From: Camelus dromedarius
Taxonomy: Eukaryota
Direction: 5' to 3'
Length of the DNA: 64,000 nt
Assembly (NCBI RefSeq): GCF_036321535.1
Contig: NC_087436.1
Span: 80,602,001-80,666,000 of the forward strand
Part shown: positions 1 to 13,416 of the stretch, one piece after another
How positions within the stretch are numbered: the first letter of the stretch is position 1
Layout: the number at the start of each line of letters is the position of its first letter
The notes under the pieces: generated by a model
What the model was told of the DNA's origin: nothing
Seen by the model: only the letters and a program-made list of their open reading frames with translations
Databases searched by the model: none
Made by a program: the position numbers and the translations under genes

Positions 1-779
1 TAGGCACTCCCCACTTCAGTACCTACACAGTCATTCTAATACATAGGGATATAGCCAGAGTATAGAATTATGGCTCCTTAATTTTCCCACGAAAATTTGC
101 AAGAAGCAATACACAATATACTAATGACATCTCTACTTCCGTAGGAAACCTCAGAACATACAAAAGGACTAAGGCACACAACCTTTGTAGCTTTTCCAAT
201 AGCAGTTAAGCTGACCTGGGCTCACTGCGTCTCCAGTCAGTGAAGAAAATTCAAAGATTTCTTCATCTGTTCAACTGCTCAACCCGAAATTGAACACCTA
301 ACCCTCTAGGTGCTGTGGACTGTGACCTTCCAATCCTCTCCTGTCTTTATCAAGTAACTACCTGACACCACCCCTCAGTGCCTAATGCAGTCCCTTTAAC
401 ATCTTTCTTTCCTGTTCTTTCCCCATTGCAGCTCAATTAACCTGAGAGAAACCTTTCTTTACTCTCATCTGTTAACCTCAACCCAAGTAATAACTACTTC
501 CAGTCACTATTCAACTTACCTAGAAATTTTTTTTATATACCTCATGGAGCTTCCCGCTCCTGGACAGAAGTATTTCCCAGCTTCACTGGACAGATACAAG
601 GAAGAAACACATGCGGGATTTGGATTTCAACAAAAAGATTGTTCTGAACGCTCCTCAAAAGGTTACTATCATTAAAAAAGAAAAGAAGGAAAAAAAAACA
701 AAAATGATGGGGAAATTAATCTTGTTTTTAAAATAATAAAAAGACATAAGAAATGTAATGTATAGACTTTAAACAGATT

Positions 780-1145
780 TGTTTGAAAAAAGCTATAAAA
801 GAGATCTCGGAGACAACTGGAGCATTTGGATACGAACTAGACTTAAAATGACAGTATGGAAGTTCTGTTATCTTCTAATATATGATAATGATACGGTGGT
901 CATGGAGAAGAAGGTCCTTATTTCTAGGAGGTACGAGTTGAAGTATTTACAAGCGAAGTGTCATGATGGTTCAAATTACCTTCTAGCGGTTCAGCGATGT
1001 CACACCTCCTCCTTGAAATGTATATAAACACAATGAGACTGCATGTGGTGAAATACTGGTGACTGTTGACTCAGGATTAAAGGGATGTGGATGTACACTG
1101 TATTATTCATTAAGCTTTTCTATATGTTTTGAATTTTCAAAACGC
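780..1145 (+). mobile_element. Old L1 (L1M-type) 3' end fragment
   Basis: Matches the L1M 3'UTR pattern: atacggtggtcatggagaagaaggtcctt...gatgtacactgtattattc...tttctatatgttttgaattttcaaaa. Confidence 0.6.
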
Positions 1146-2880
1146 AAAGTCTGGTTTAAAAAAAGAGGGATGAAACTATTGGGCAGTCTCCACTTGTTTT
1201 TAGATTCCTAGTATTTTCGTTAGAGCAGAAATAAGAAACTTTCCACTCGTCTACAAAAGGCTAACTGCTAAATCGCAGAATGGGTTACTACTCTAGCCAG
1301 GTTGTGAAGAGGAAAAGATATACAAAACTATAACTCCTTCTTTTTCCTCTAAAAACAAATGTATTTTACATCGCCAATATTTTAAACATAAAACCTATAA
1401 TTTTCTCATGTTATCAAGGATGAAAATTTGTGGTTATACTGCACAAATCTTTCCTTAACCCACGGAGTTTACAGTCTCCATTAGAACATCTTATATCAAG
1501 GTAAATTAATGGTAAAGGAGCAAAGTATAAATTTTTAAATAAAATCTGTGAATTATCTGCATATATCTTACATAATCTTAAAGATCTTCTACTTTCTGTT
1601 AATTCTGTGTATAGATACTTTTTAATTCTTAAACAGTCCAATTATTCTCAGAGACCCAGCTCTTTGGCAAGTAAGGCAGAAAGGAGTGTAATGAACCAAA
1701 AGATAATGTAAAAAGGATGGATAACGCCACCACATTTTTTGCTGGAATACATGTCAAAGACTTTAAAATTTGTAAGGACGTATGCTTCTTCAAAATTCAG
1801 CTATAAGGGATGACTGAAAAATTCATTAATTTAATCAACGGGCAATTTTCCACTATTAAATTAGACTTAAAATTTCCCATTCCAGATTTGTAAACTGTGA
1901 GTTGTGGAAAATTAGTTTGCCACAAAAATCTCTATACTCACAAAGGTAAGAAAAAGCAAAGAGCTAACTTAAATCAATAACCCTGAAATGTATCAAAACT
2001 TAAAATCTCAAAAATGTTTTCACAGATAATGGTTTTCTTCAGTCACTACACTAAAGATATTTATTTTCTTCCTACACACAAACCCTTCTTAGAGAATCTG
2101 CCCTTAGCCTACTCACTGAAAAGGCAACACCATTGTGAACGCATAACTGGGTCCTTCCAACAAACGCCGACTGAACAGTTCTGAACACACTTTACAACGT
2201 GAGACAAATGGATTCTCTCTCCAGCTAGTTAGAACCTAGAATAGTAAGATGGTTAGCTATCGGGGCTGACAGCTAGCTGAACCTAACACTCACAACTGAC
2301 CACTGCACACTGTTTCAGAAAGCAGAGAAAACTACTTGGCAGAGAGAAGCAAAAACAAGAGTACAAGCAACTCCAAAAAAAGAAATGGAGAATGGAGATC
2401 TACAAACATTCAGTGCCCTGGAAGCCTGACTGTACTTCCTGTAGTGGAGTTCTAAAGCATTTGGTATCAAAATGATTTTCTGGAGGAAAAAAAAAAGGTA
2501 AATATGAACATCTATGCAGGTACACAACTTCCAAAGGAAATAAATGAGTTAAATCAGCATACTAAATATCAAAAATATGGTTAGGACATAGCAAACCCTA
2601 GGATTCAATTACTTAACAAATCACTATATTCTTCCCCAAAATAGAATATTAACTTATATACGGTCACTTGAGAAGACAGAACAAATCATTCTGCTCCAAA
2701 TACTTTTTTATTAGTATGTATTTTCTTACTTTTCTCAGCAATGGAATAAAATATTTGAGGCCTATGTTTGATATAATGAATGTTCACAGACTATTGTCTT
2801 CAAACATAAAATCAAATACAGTAAGAATGCTTCACAGTCCTTTAGGGAAAAGATATGAGTGGTGTCCTTCATGCACAAGA

Positions 2881-3110
2881 GAGGCAGGATAGCAGAGCAG
2901 GTAAATGCCTGTGCCCTGGAGGCAGACTCCTAGGTTTGAATCCTGGCTCTGCCATTGCCTAATCCTGTGACCGTGGGCAAGTTACTTCTTGTGCCAGTTT
3001 CTAACAACATAAAATTAGTATAGTAATAGAAATAATCTCATAAGATTGTTATGAAGAATAAATGACGTAGTGCATGCAAAAACTTAAGAGACAAAGTTCA
3101 CTGTTATTGG
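2881..3110 (+). mobile_element. MIR SINE
   Basis: MIR core ggtttgaatcctggctctgccattgcctaatcctgtgaccgtgggcaagttactt, and tail ctcataagattgttatgaagaataaatga. Confidence 0.85.
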
Positions 3111-4799
3111 TATTATTTATTTTTATTATCATTATTATTCAGGGGAAGGGGATCGATGCAATATATCTGTGACATACAAACCTGAATGAACAAGGTAATT
3201 CTTAGCAGGCATAAGAAATGAAAAAAATTAAAATGTATCATTCAAAATACAGGAGATAAAGACAAGCCCGTATTTTGTTTTAAAAACCATAATCCTTTTA
3301 GTGGGGCCTCGGCAACAATAAACTAAGAGCTATTCTTTCATGAGGACAGCTTGCTTTCTGTTAATATTTTGTAAAAGTTTCCTTCAGCAACTTCTGACCA
3401 CAAAAGGAAGCTCATTCCTGAACGCCCACTTAGGCATAGCAGGATCATCTACAGATGTTTGACGAATATAAAAATCCTTAAAAAACTTTTTAAGTAATAA
3501 AAGATTTTTTAAAATACACCAAATGTTAACTCTGGTCTCATAAAGTTTGAATTTTGACTGGTTCAGAGGTAACTACAAAAATTCATTCCTATGTGTTTTT
3601 TGGACTAGGCAATTTATAACAGTTAAGAAAGAGCTAGAGATACCATAAGGGGAAAAACAGTTCTTGCATCATGAACACATGATACATGATCTGCTTCCTA
3701 CAAAATATGCAGTAAGACCAAATATAAAAGAATCAACTGCAAGGTCAAAAATTATGTGGAAAGACACAAGGAAGGGAAGGGAGGAGGGTGGGGGAGGGAA
3801 GGCAGATTATTACAAATAATTTCAGCTATCTGGAAGGGGAAAGAACCAAAATATTCTAGTCTTTATTCATAAACCCAAAATGATTAGGTAAAAAATTAAA
3901 AAGTAAAAAATAAAATAAAATGAAAAAGACATGAACTTCCTTCCTTATACATTTTGAAATCAGATAATTCTTTAACTCACATGCTACTTCAGCATACAGA
4001 CATCATAACAATCCTTCATTAAGGTAAGAAATCTTGAATCTGTGCTTTCAAAATATGATCCTAGGTTAGGCTTTTTAAAGTTCCTCCCCCACTACACACA
4101 AAGAAGATAATAAAACAGCCCAAGAGCCTGTATTTCAGACGCCCCCTGCCCCATTCGCTTTCCTCCTGTATCATTTTTGTCCTGCAACACTTTTAATTCA
4201 CAAGCTCTTAAGGAGACCAGCACTCTTCTTCATTTTCATTTATATAAAGCACAAAAAAAATGTGCTCAGGCAAAGGTAAAGCTGATGTCTGACCAAATTA
4301 GGAGTAAATGTACCTAAGCAGGAGACTTCCTCCTAAACTCCCTATTTCCCCCAACGTAAGCGTAGATCCTTTTTCTAAACGGAGGAGTTAAGCTTTCTCA
4401 GGATGCTACTAAGCAGGCAGTCATCTCACAACCAGATCAATACACTCAAAGATGCCTTTTAGTAGCGGTCTTAATAAAACTGAGACTCAACAGGCATTCC
4501 CACCACAGGGAACACAAGACCAGTGTGACAAGTCCTTTATAAGACTAGGGAGAGAACTCCCACTCCCTTCCTCCAGGTCAAAACAAAGCAAAAATCAGAA
4601 CAGAGCGGCTAGTGGCTACAGTTTAAAAAGAAAATGAAAATTTGACATCCTAGTGTCCCCAATTTAAAAATATATATATATTTAGTGACTACAAAATCTC
4701 TCCTCAATCTACAGCAAAAACAGCAGACTTACCTCCTCCATTCCCTTCTTCTCCCCCTTTCTTAGTCAATAACTTTCGTGATGGCTCTAAACTCATCAC

Positions 4800-5088
4800 T
4801 TTTTTTTTTTTAATTGCAGTATAGTCAGTTTACAGTGTTGTGTTAATTTCTGGTGTATGTATATATTTCTGGTGCACACCACAATGCTTCAGTCATACAT
4901 GGATATACATATATTAGTTTTCATATTCTTTTTCACGGTAAACTACCACCATCATTCAAAAGTCCACAAATGACAAATGCTGGAGAGGCTGTGGAGAAAA
5001 GGGAACCCTCCTACACTGCTGGTGGGAATGCAGTTTGGGGCAGCCACTGTAGAAAACAGTATGGAGATTCCTCAAAAGACTAAAAATA
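4800..5088. mobile_element. Short 5'-inverted young L1 insertion
   Basis: 4800-4936 is a minus-strand L1 3' tail with polyT. ~4950-5088 is a plus-strand ORF2-end segment closely similar to 24300-24440 and 61432-61570. Confidence 0.85.
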
Positions 5089-5269
5089 AACTTATCTTTT
5101 ATGTAACCTCTATTCTACTTTTTGAAAAAAGCCTATAAGCTAGTAAAATGTGTCATCAACTGAATAATAAGTGTTATATATTATCATTAGCAGAACATCA
5201 TTTTGCTTATATGCTAACCTTCAAAAACAGAAGTAAAAATGACTTACAGCTGATGCTTATAACAAGAAA

Positions 5270-5470
5270 TGGCAGCTAACACGAATTTAGCTTTTACTAT
5301 GTGCCAGGCAAAGTGCTAAGCACTTTACAAGCATTATCTCATTTAACCCTTATGAATGTCCATTAAATATTATTAATAAACCCATCTTACAGGTGAGGAA
5401 ATAAGAGAAATTAAGAAATTAGTACTAAGGCAAATATCTGTAAGCGATAACATCATAATTTGAACCTGGG
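5270..5470 (-). mobile_element. MIR SINE
   Basis: ttactatgtgccaggcaaagtgctaagcactttaca...cccatcttacaggtgaggaaa is reverse MIR. Confidence 0.85.
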
Positions 5471-6667
5471 AATATGTCTAAATTTGGGCCCTTAATCTTC
5501 ATACATGTTACACAGCAGTTTTTTCACTCTTATATCTACTTTTAATATTTATACAATTTGTTATCATACTGTCAATAAATACTGATGCATCATTTGACCT
5601 CGAAACAAGAGCCGAATAAGAGATATTCAGGGTCAAAATCAACTCGATGATACAGTCATAGAAAGCACAGGCTCTAGTCAATAAAACAAAATTCTAAGGG
5701 GAAAAAAAGAAAAAAGTGTCACAACACAGGATGAAGTGTGATTAAAATGATTTACATTTCTAAGTCTCAAACTTTAAGAATCATCTCTTGAAATAAATAA
5801 AAACTGACAAATTTTTACATCCCAATACTCTAATGCTACTTAACTTTTCAATTGTTTTTTTCTGATTATAAAAACTTGTTTAATTTTATAACTTAAGCTA
5901 CACATTAAGCATATTTGCACTTTTTATACTGCGTTGAGTTCCCTTCCCTGAACTTTTTATTTTTAAACTCTCTCAATGTTTCCAGAAAGAAAACACTCTA
6001 TAGACTTTCATCTGTGCGTAATAGTTTTCTAAATCATAAAGCATACATTATTTTCTTCATAGAGTCTAAAGCCCAAAATCTAGTCATAAATCTATTCCCA
6101 GAAGTTTTTATAATAAAAAGAAGTCAAATTATAAACAAAACTTCTAGTTCAATATCCTGGTAATGAAGAATCTTCAGAGCTTAAGTCACCATAATGAATG
6201 CAACAGACCTTTTTTCCTAAGAAAAAACATTACTATTTGTTCAAATATAAGAATGCATTCCCCAGTCCACTCTTTGTGTATAAAAAGAAAGTTCTGAATT
6301 GAAAATTTTGTATGATTTCTATTGAACTACTTGCTAACAAGCAAAAAGAGAGATCATAGAAAAATCCTATTGAATTCATGTTCATTTAATTTCTGTACAG
6401 TATGAAATGACTTTAACTTCCAAACTTGGTGAAATTTAAAAAAATAAGTCTCATCATTTCTAATAATAACTAAAAATTTATGATCTATATTTATAGTAAT
6501 TCACAAGTAATTATAATTAAGCAACTCCTTATAAAATTCAGTCATGTAATCAGATGCTTTAGAAGTAGATGCTCAATCTACTCTGATGGACTTATATAAG
6601 ACAGTCTTTTCTCAATGAGTATGAGGTTTTCTTAGACTAAATTTACCATGTTACTCTATGTGCTAAA

Positions 6668-6692
6668 CACACACACACACACACACACACAC
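6668..6692. repeat. (CA)n microsatellite
   Basis: Direct reading. Confidence 0.95.
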
Positions 6693-7424
6693 CTACCTTA
6701 GATTAACTCATACAGATAATGCCAACTAGGTCAAATCTCACTTCCAGAAACACAACTACACTGCTTTCCAAAACAAAGATTACAAAAATGAACCCATAAT
6801 AATACTTTCCAAGTATTTCTTCATCAATATAAATATTGACAACTGCTAGCTGATGAATGCAGTACACATGATTCTGCCACTACATTCTGTAAAAGTAACT
6901 ATTCGGGCATTTCCCTTAGCCAATCTGGTGTATTAAACATCCTCACAAATGTCTGATAATTTCTCACACTTGATAACTTAGCTGTAGAAAGTGACCACAG
7001 AAAAGCTGATAAAATTAAAATTAATCTTCATAATCTACGACCTCTTACTCATAAATATTGTAGGACAATGAGGGTAGGCCTTTGGATACTTTATGTGAAA
7101 TAATAGGTTAACAACTCAGCAAAGTGAAGTCAAGTAGCACTTGAAGAATTCTACACAGGACCAAAAAAGATAACAAATTTGATAAAAGGAAACAAAATTA
7201 ACTCCTCTTTGCTTTAAAAAAAAAAAAAGGGGAAATAATAAAAGTTACATTTCTCCTTTTTTTTTTAAGGGTTGGGGAGTACTTTTTGATTACACAGCTA
7301 TATAGCACAAGAGTGATAAACTTCTGCTTAGAGTTTAACACTGAAGTTTCTGAATAAATATTAAAAATTTATGCATTTTTTCCACTTAGCATTATCTTCT
7401 TTTTTCATCATTCTCATTTACTAC

Positions 7425-8336
7425 TGTAGGGAGCTTCAATGATGGCTTCCTATAACCCACACCTCCAGGGATACACATCTGTGTGTAATCCTCTCTCCTT
7501 GAGTGTGGACCGGACCTAGTGACTCACTCCTAGTGAACGGCACAGGGAAAAAGTGATGGGTTGCCACTTCCAAGATTATGTTACAAAAACAAAAGGCTCA
7601 CATGGCAAGAACTAAAGCAGGCTGCTGGTAAACAGCCAACGTGAGGAACTGGGGCCTTCAGCCCAACAACCAATGAGGAACTGAATGCTGCCAACAACCA
7701 TGTGAGTGGACTAGCGGCAGAGCCTCCCCTAGGCCCTTCAGATAAGACCACAGCCCTGGTGGACAGGTCAAATGCAGCTCTGTAAGAGACCCTGAGCCAG
7801 AGGCCCCAGCTAAACTGCACTCAGATTCTTGATTACAAAAACTGTGAGAGAACGTTTGTTATTTTAAGTCGCTAACTTTGAGGGTAATTTGTTATGTAGT
7901 GCTATGGGTTGAACTGTATCCACACCAAAATTCGTATGTTGAGGTCTAACCCCCAGCACCTCAGAATGTGACTTTACTCAGAGACAGGATCTTTCCAGAG
8001 GTAATTAAGTTAAAGTGAGGTGGACCCTAATCCAATGTGACTGGTGTCCTTATAAAAAGGAGAAATCTGAACAAAGAGTCAGGCAAACATAAAGGGAAGA
8101 CAACATGAAGAGACATGAAGAAAAGATAGCTATCTACAGATAAAGGAAAGCAGCCTGGAGCAGATCTTTTCCTCAGGGATCCCAAAAGCAACCAATCCTG
8201 CTGACATCTTGATTTCAGACTTCTAGCCTGCAGAAGATGAGATGAGAAATTTCTGTTGTTTAAGCCACTCAGTTTGTGGTAATTTGTTATGGCAACCTTA
8301 ACAAATTAATACATGCAGCAACAGAGAACTAGTACA
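7425..8336 (+). mobile_element. MaLR LTR (MLT1E/F-like), interrupted at 7900-8313 by a second LTR
   Basis: TG...CA ends; ctccttgagtgtggaccggacctagtgact, gccaacaaccatgtgagtg; the 3' end resumes as cagcaacagagaactagtaca. Confidence 0.8.
7900..8313 (+). mobile_element. MaLR solo LTR (MLT1A/B-like) nested in an older MLT1
   Basis: tgctatgggttgaactgt...tttctgttgtttaagccactcagtttgtggtaatttgttatggcaacc...taataca; 5-bp TSD tgtag/tgcag. Confidence 0.85.
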
Positions 8337-8544
8337 CACACTTAATTCAAAATAACTTTTACTGGCAGTACTAAAATTAGCCTCAATGCAGGACTCAAGT
8401 AGACGGCCAGATTGTCTAAGTTTTTATTCTGAAAAAAGACATAAGTTGATATCAGAAGCTCAGACTACGGATTTCTCTTTTTAAAGTCAGCTGGGTCTCC
8501 TGCGATCGTATAATCTAATCAGCCCATTGCAAAACCTGATGCTG

Positions 8545-8700
8545 CCATTACTGATGTGCCAGGAACTGTTTTGAACACTTAACATATATTAATTCCTCCC
8601 AAGAACCCTCTGAAGTACCACTATCATCAACTCCATTTTTAAGATGAAGAAACTGATGTCCAGGAGTTAAGGTCATATATCTGGTAAACAGACAGCACTT
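8545..8700 (-). mobile_element. MIR SINE
   Basis: tgtgccaggaactgttttgaacactt...ccattttaagatgaagaaactga...gttaaggtcata. Confidence 0.75.
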
Positions 8701-9249
8701 AGTAAATTGAAGTACACAGAGAATAAGTGATTTACTCAAAATCATAGCTGATAGTTGAGCTGGGACCAAACCTAATGGTCCTTTCTTCTACCTTCCAATC
8801 TTTTCTCAAAAAGTTAAACAGAAAGACTTTTCTTTTACTTGCTATATTCAATCTTTGTAACATTGCTACCTTAGAACTATGTATTTGACTATCTCTGCGC
8901 TCTTCCTCTAACCACACAAATGGTTACTCAGTTTCTTCTACTTTCTGAACCCTAAAACTCTGCCTATCAATTCCTAATGCTTTTCTGGCATCTAATTTAA
9001 TCATTTGTATACAACGGAACACAAGATTTCACTCCTGCACAGTTCTGGAATACACCTTTGGCTTAATATTTGACCCAATTAAAATACAAATACACCTGGA
9101 AGGAGTAATACTATGTTATTCATCATCTGCATTTTAGCAGAAACAAGTCGAATCCTTTTCAGAGAACAGGCTTTGAAACAAAGATGCCAAGACAGTCACT
9201 GCAGAGCTTTAAAAGGATCCTGCCCTAAGCCTCGTGTTCAGGGGAACCT

Positions 9250-9625
9250 GAATGAAGAATCAGTCTGTTCTGGAACACTTGGGATTAGGTACTTAAGAGT
9301 TAGCCTTCCTTTGGGCGTCTAAATTATAAGATACAAAGCATGGGTGGTGGTGGTGGCGACCATGTTTCCCACGACAAAGAAGAATGGAAACGCAAAGAAA
9401 GTCAGTTCCCAAAGAGTGAGACAGATGCACGGGAGAGGCAGGCCGCCGAGAGCCCGAGAGGAACCTAACTGCATTGGTTTCTGGGTTCTCCTTGCACAAC
9501 GCAGCTGTATTTCTGTCCCTGGATCCTCTGGAATGCACCGGGATACACCCAAAAGTCTGATAACTTCCCCTTTCTGATGAAGCTAATCTGAACTGAATCA
9601 CTTGCAATCAACAGAGAATTAACGT
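9250..9625 (+). mobile_element. Old ERVL/MaLR-type LTR fragment
   Basis: The 3' end cccctttctgatgaagctaatctgaactgaatcacttgcaatcaacagagaattaac resembles old MLT1/LTR33-type termini. Confidence 0.5.
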
Positions 9626-10007
9626 GATCAAAAAGCTGCCCTCTCGAAAGCTGAAGAACATTATCGAAGGACTATAACCTCATGTGAAAAATGAGAACAG
9701 ACAGACCACTCCGTGTGGTACCATGGCTACAAACAGAAGAACTGACTGGCAGAAGCCAATGCTTAGACAGCTACTTGGAAGAAGACTTTTCAGATACTGT
9801 CAGAAAAGGAAAAAGAAGTTGCAATTTGAAAAAGACTGTATCTTCTATCTTCCATGTGGGATTTTTTTTTAGTTCTTTTAGTTAAAGATATCCCATCATC
9901 TATACACTTGCTGGTGAGTGTGTCAATTATTACAAACACTTTGGAAATATCTAGAAAGGTTGAAGATGCAGACTTCACATAACCCAGCAATTTTACTACT
10001 AGGTGGC

Positions 10008-10333
10008 TCCTATGGACTGAACTGTATCCGCCCCCCCTAAATTTATATGTTGTAAAGTCTTAACCTCCACTGTGATGATATTTGGAGATAGCCCTTAGAA
10101 GGTAATTAAGGTTAATTAAAGGAGATCATAAGGGTGAGGCCATAAACCGATATGATAAGAAGAGATAGAGATCTCTCTCTCTCCCCCCTCCTCTCTGCCT
10201 TGTGAGGACATAGCTAGAAAGTGACCATCTACAGGCCAGGAAGAGAGCTTGCACCAGAATCTAACCATGCAGACACCCTGATTTTGGACTTCTAGTCTCT
10301 AGAACTGTGAGAAAATAAATTTCTGTTGTTTAA
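10008..10333 (+). mobile_element. MaLR LTR (MLT1A-like), 3' truncated
   Basis: tatggactgaactgtatcc...gccttgtgaggacatagctagaaagtgaccatctacaggccagg...aactgtgagaaaataaatttctgttgtttaa. Confidence 0.8.
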
Positions 10334-10822
10334 AAAGTAATAATAAACTTTTCAGAAACAATAGAGCAAAGTAAAATACTAAAACTAAGGCAACAAGGTA
10401 GCAGTAACACTCTCAAGTGCCTCATCATTCAAATTAGTCACTCACAGTAACTACAATATAGTAAAGAGTTCCAAAGCTTGTGCTAACAACTAGATTTTTC
10501 CAGGAAAAAGGGAAATGATGCTTTAAAAACATGACTGTATTCTATGTAGATATCTACAATAAAAATATAATGCTGTAAAGCCAGAAGTGAAACTAAGCAT
10601 AATTTATTCTAATATATCATTGTTTTTTATGGAAAAATGAAAGCCATGCAGGAGAGAAGGCTTGCCTGGGTTTACCTAGCCATCAGTGGTAAAGAAGGAT
10701 TAAAACTCAGCCCTTCTGAGTCACAGTCCAGTGGTCTTGCTTCAATGCAACAATTTAGCAATGACTATCATGATTCTGTTCCTGGCTTCTTGTTCAACAG
10801 ACAAAACAATCCTAAAACTCAC

Positions 10823-10916
10823 CTGATTCTGTGTTCTGGGCTGGCATGAACCTGCGTAGGAACAACAGGAGTGGCAGGCACTTTCTTCTTGAAGCAGATG
10901 TAGAGAAGTATTATAC
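10823..10916 (-). other. WDFY3: WDFY3 exon 2 (94 nt, 5'UTR)
   Basis: Minus strand reads ttttctttttctttcatcacag|GTATAATACTTCTCTACATCTGCTTCAAGAAGAAAGTGCCTGCC...CCCAGAACACAGAATCAG|gtgagt. It has a strong pyrimidine tract and a consensus donor, and matches the recalled human 5'UTR. Confidence 0.9.
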
Positions 10917-11119
10917 CTGTGATGAAAGAAAAAGAAAATCCAGTTTATTTTCAGAATATGTTTTGGGGACATGAATTTTTCGTTTCCTACTGATTGAGTC
11001 TCTCTTTATCTCCTTATTTCTTGCCAATGGTTTAATAGTGGAATACACAACAACACTTTATTTAAGATAAATAAAATTTGCTATTCAAAAATCTAAAGAA
11101 GAATATAGAATCATTTAAA

Positions 11120-11270
11120 GCTGGTCTTTGTAGAAAAAGGTTCAGCTTCTCCACTTCACCAGTGAGGAAACCGAGACCTGGAAACGTCAGGCCAAAAATC
11201 ATTGACAGCTGTTCAGTGGCAGAGCCAGGTTCAGAACCTGACTCTTCCCACTTTAGTCCAGGATTCATTT
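11120..11270 (-). mobile_element. MIR fragment
   Basis: agtgaggaaaccgagacc...agtggcagagccaggttcagaacc. Confidence 0.65.
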
Positions 11271-12159
11271 GTACATCACAGATCACACTGTCTCTTTTTG
11301 GACAATAAAATAAGAGGGGGAAAAATCATTTCTCCTATTTCCCTAGGAATATTTGTCAAGCATGAGGATAAATGTGGAATATAGCTGAACTGATATGTTC
11401 TAAACTAAAATAAAAAAACATTGCTTCCTCACTCAATGGTTCTAATCTAACCTCAAGTTATTCAGCACGCCTCATACAGGATATCTAAATGCTTCTTTTA
11501 TTTATCATTTAATATTTCAATATAAAAACACCAGTATATGAATCATGAGGTCTAACTCTGCTCTCAACAAGTTCTATGACCTTAATCAATTACTTCTTTG
11601 GTTCCAAAGCTCCTTTATTAAAAAATGAGGAGACTAATTCCCACAGGCCTTCTCACTCTAAAAAGTTATGCTTCAGAATAGCTTCGTCTTTTAACAACAC
11701 TGTGCTTTTCTGATCAACTGTTTTTATCATGTATTTGTTCATCTCTTTGGTCATATTAGTACAAGAGTTCAAACATCAGTAAGACTCCCCTTAAATATAC
11801 AGTTAATTATCATTCAAAACCCTATGCAATAATAACCTAGTTTTGCTGTTTGCCTCACGTCTTATTTTATAGGAACCCAGCAAGAAGTGAAGAAAAAGTA
11901 TTTTTAAAAATCTACTTCTCAGGTGGTTTCTATGAAAAATCCTGAATAGTTTTCCCGAATCATTCATTCAGTTATTTATCCGAGTTGTTACTGAGTGGCT
12001 TGTCAGATGGCTGACACAGGCTTAATTAGAAAGAAGACTTTAAAGCAAGATTCCTTTAGTGAAATACTGAGTGATGTTAGGGATTGAAGTGGCAGCGAGA
12101 GAGTAGGCAGCAGTGATGGCATGTCTCCTGAACTGTAACATCAGAATATGCCTTCATTA

Positions 12160-13090
12160 TTTCTTAATATACTATTACCCACTTACATAAAACACATTAT
12201 TTGTAACATGTTTTAAATTCAAAGCAAAATAACAGAATGAACATCAAAGTACCTGTCACCCAACTCAAGAACCTAAATGTAAGTTACTGGTAATGGTTTA
12301 CTGCTTTGCTCCTCCCTGTTCTAGGCCCCATCTCTCTCATCCTTTCAGTCTCCTGGACTTACTGTTCTATTTGTGTTTATCATTCCTTTGCTTTTTAGAA
12401 AGTACACCACATATGTACATACCCCTCAGCAACACTTTCATTTTGTTTCTGAATTCTGTGAAAATGGTATTAAGCAGCTCTTCTAGTGTTTCACTTTTTC
12501 ATTCAATATTATGTTTCCAAGGTATAGACATATTGTTGTATGTAGCTGTAGTTCATTTCACTGCAAAATAATTCCACATGATGGAAATATACCATAAATG
12601 AATTATCCATTCTCTTTACAATAGCATCTTATTTTCTCTACAGCTTTTGTTTTGTTTTGCTATTATGAGCATGTTATGAAAGCTCTCATACACATCTATT
12701 CCACATGTGTCAAAGCTTCTCTTAAGTATTTGTCTAAGAGTTGAGGAATATATGTATTTCAATTTTTCATGAGGTTGCCAATTTTTATTTTTTCCAAAAT
12801 GTGTTTAGCAATGTATAATCTCACCAGCCCCAGGAAGTTCATATTGATCCACATCCTCTCCAACATTTAATAATGCCAACTTCTTAAGCTAGGGGTATAA
12901 AACCATCTAACTGTGCTCTTAAATTGCATTTTCCTGTTGATTAATGATACTGAGCATTTCTTTATGTTTATTGGGTAACTCATGTTTCCTCTTTTATGAA
13001 ATGCCTATTTATTTTTATTGCCACCTTCCTCCTCAGTTTTTTGCCCTTCAATATTTCATAGAAATTGTATATTGTATTTTGGATGCTGAT
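12160..13090 (-). mobile_element. Old L1 (L1ME-like) ORF2 end / 3'UTR
   Basis: gttcatttcactgcaaaataattccacat, catcctctccaacatt, ttaaattgcattttcctgttgattaatgatactgagcattt. Confidence 0.75.
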
Positions 13091-13416
13091 TATTTGGCTT
13101 TACCTTTTTTGAATTACCAGGTGCAGGTCAGTGTTGAGATAAAGAAGTAGAAATACCAGGAGGCCAGACAGAACTATACACAGCGTGCTCGAGTACTGAT
13201 GCTTTTCTAACCTGTTTTAGTAATTAACGCCATCTACCGATGTCTAAAAGTGTCAGTAATCTAAAATGGCATATAATTGATCCTGTTTTATAATCTTTTA
13301 ATGTAAATTCAGCCAAGGGCACATGCTTTGATTCGATTTCAGTGCATTCCAATTACAATATGCAGCATAATATAATTTTAGGTATTTAATACAAATCATG
13401 ATTTAAATCATATTTT

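Noticed and set aside
4727..4790. Perfect minus-strand donors (GAG|GTAAGT here; also at ~519 and ~15830) as cryptic exons
   Set aside because: None has a convincing pyrimidine-tract acceptor, and such motifs occur by chance in 40 kb.
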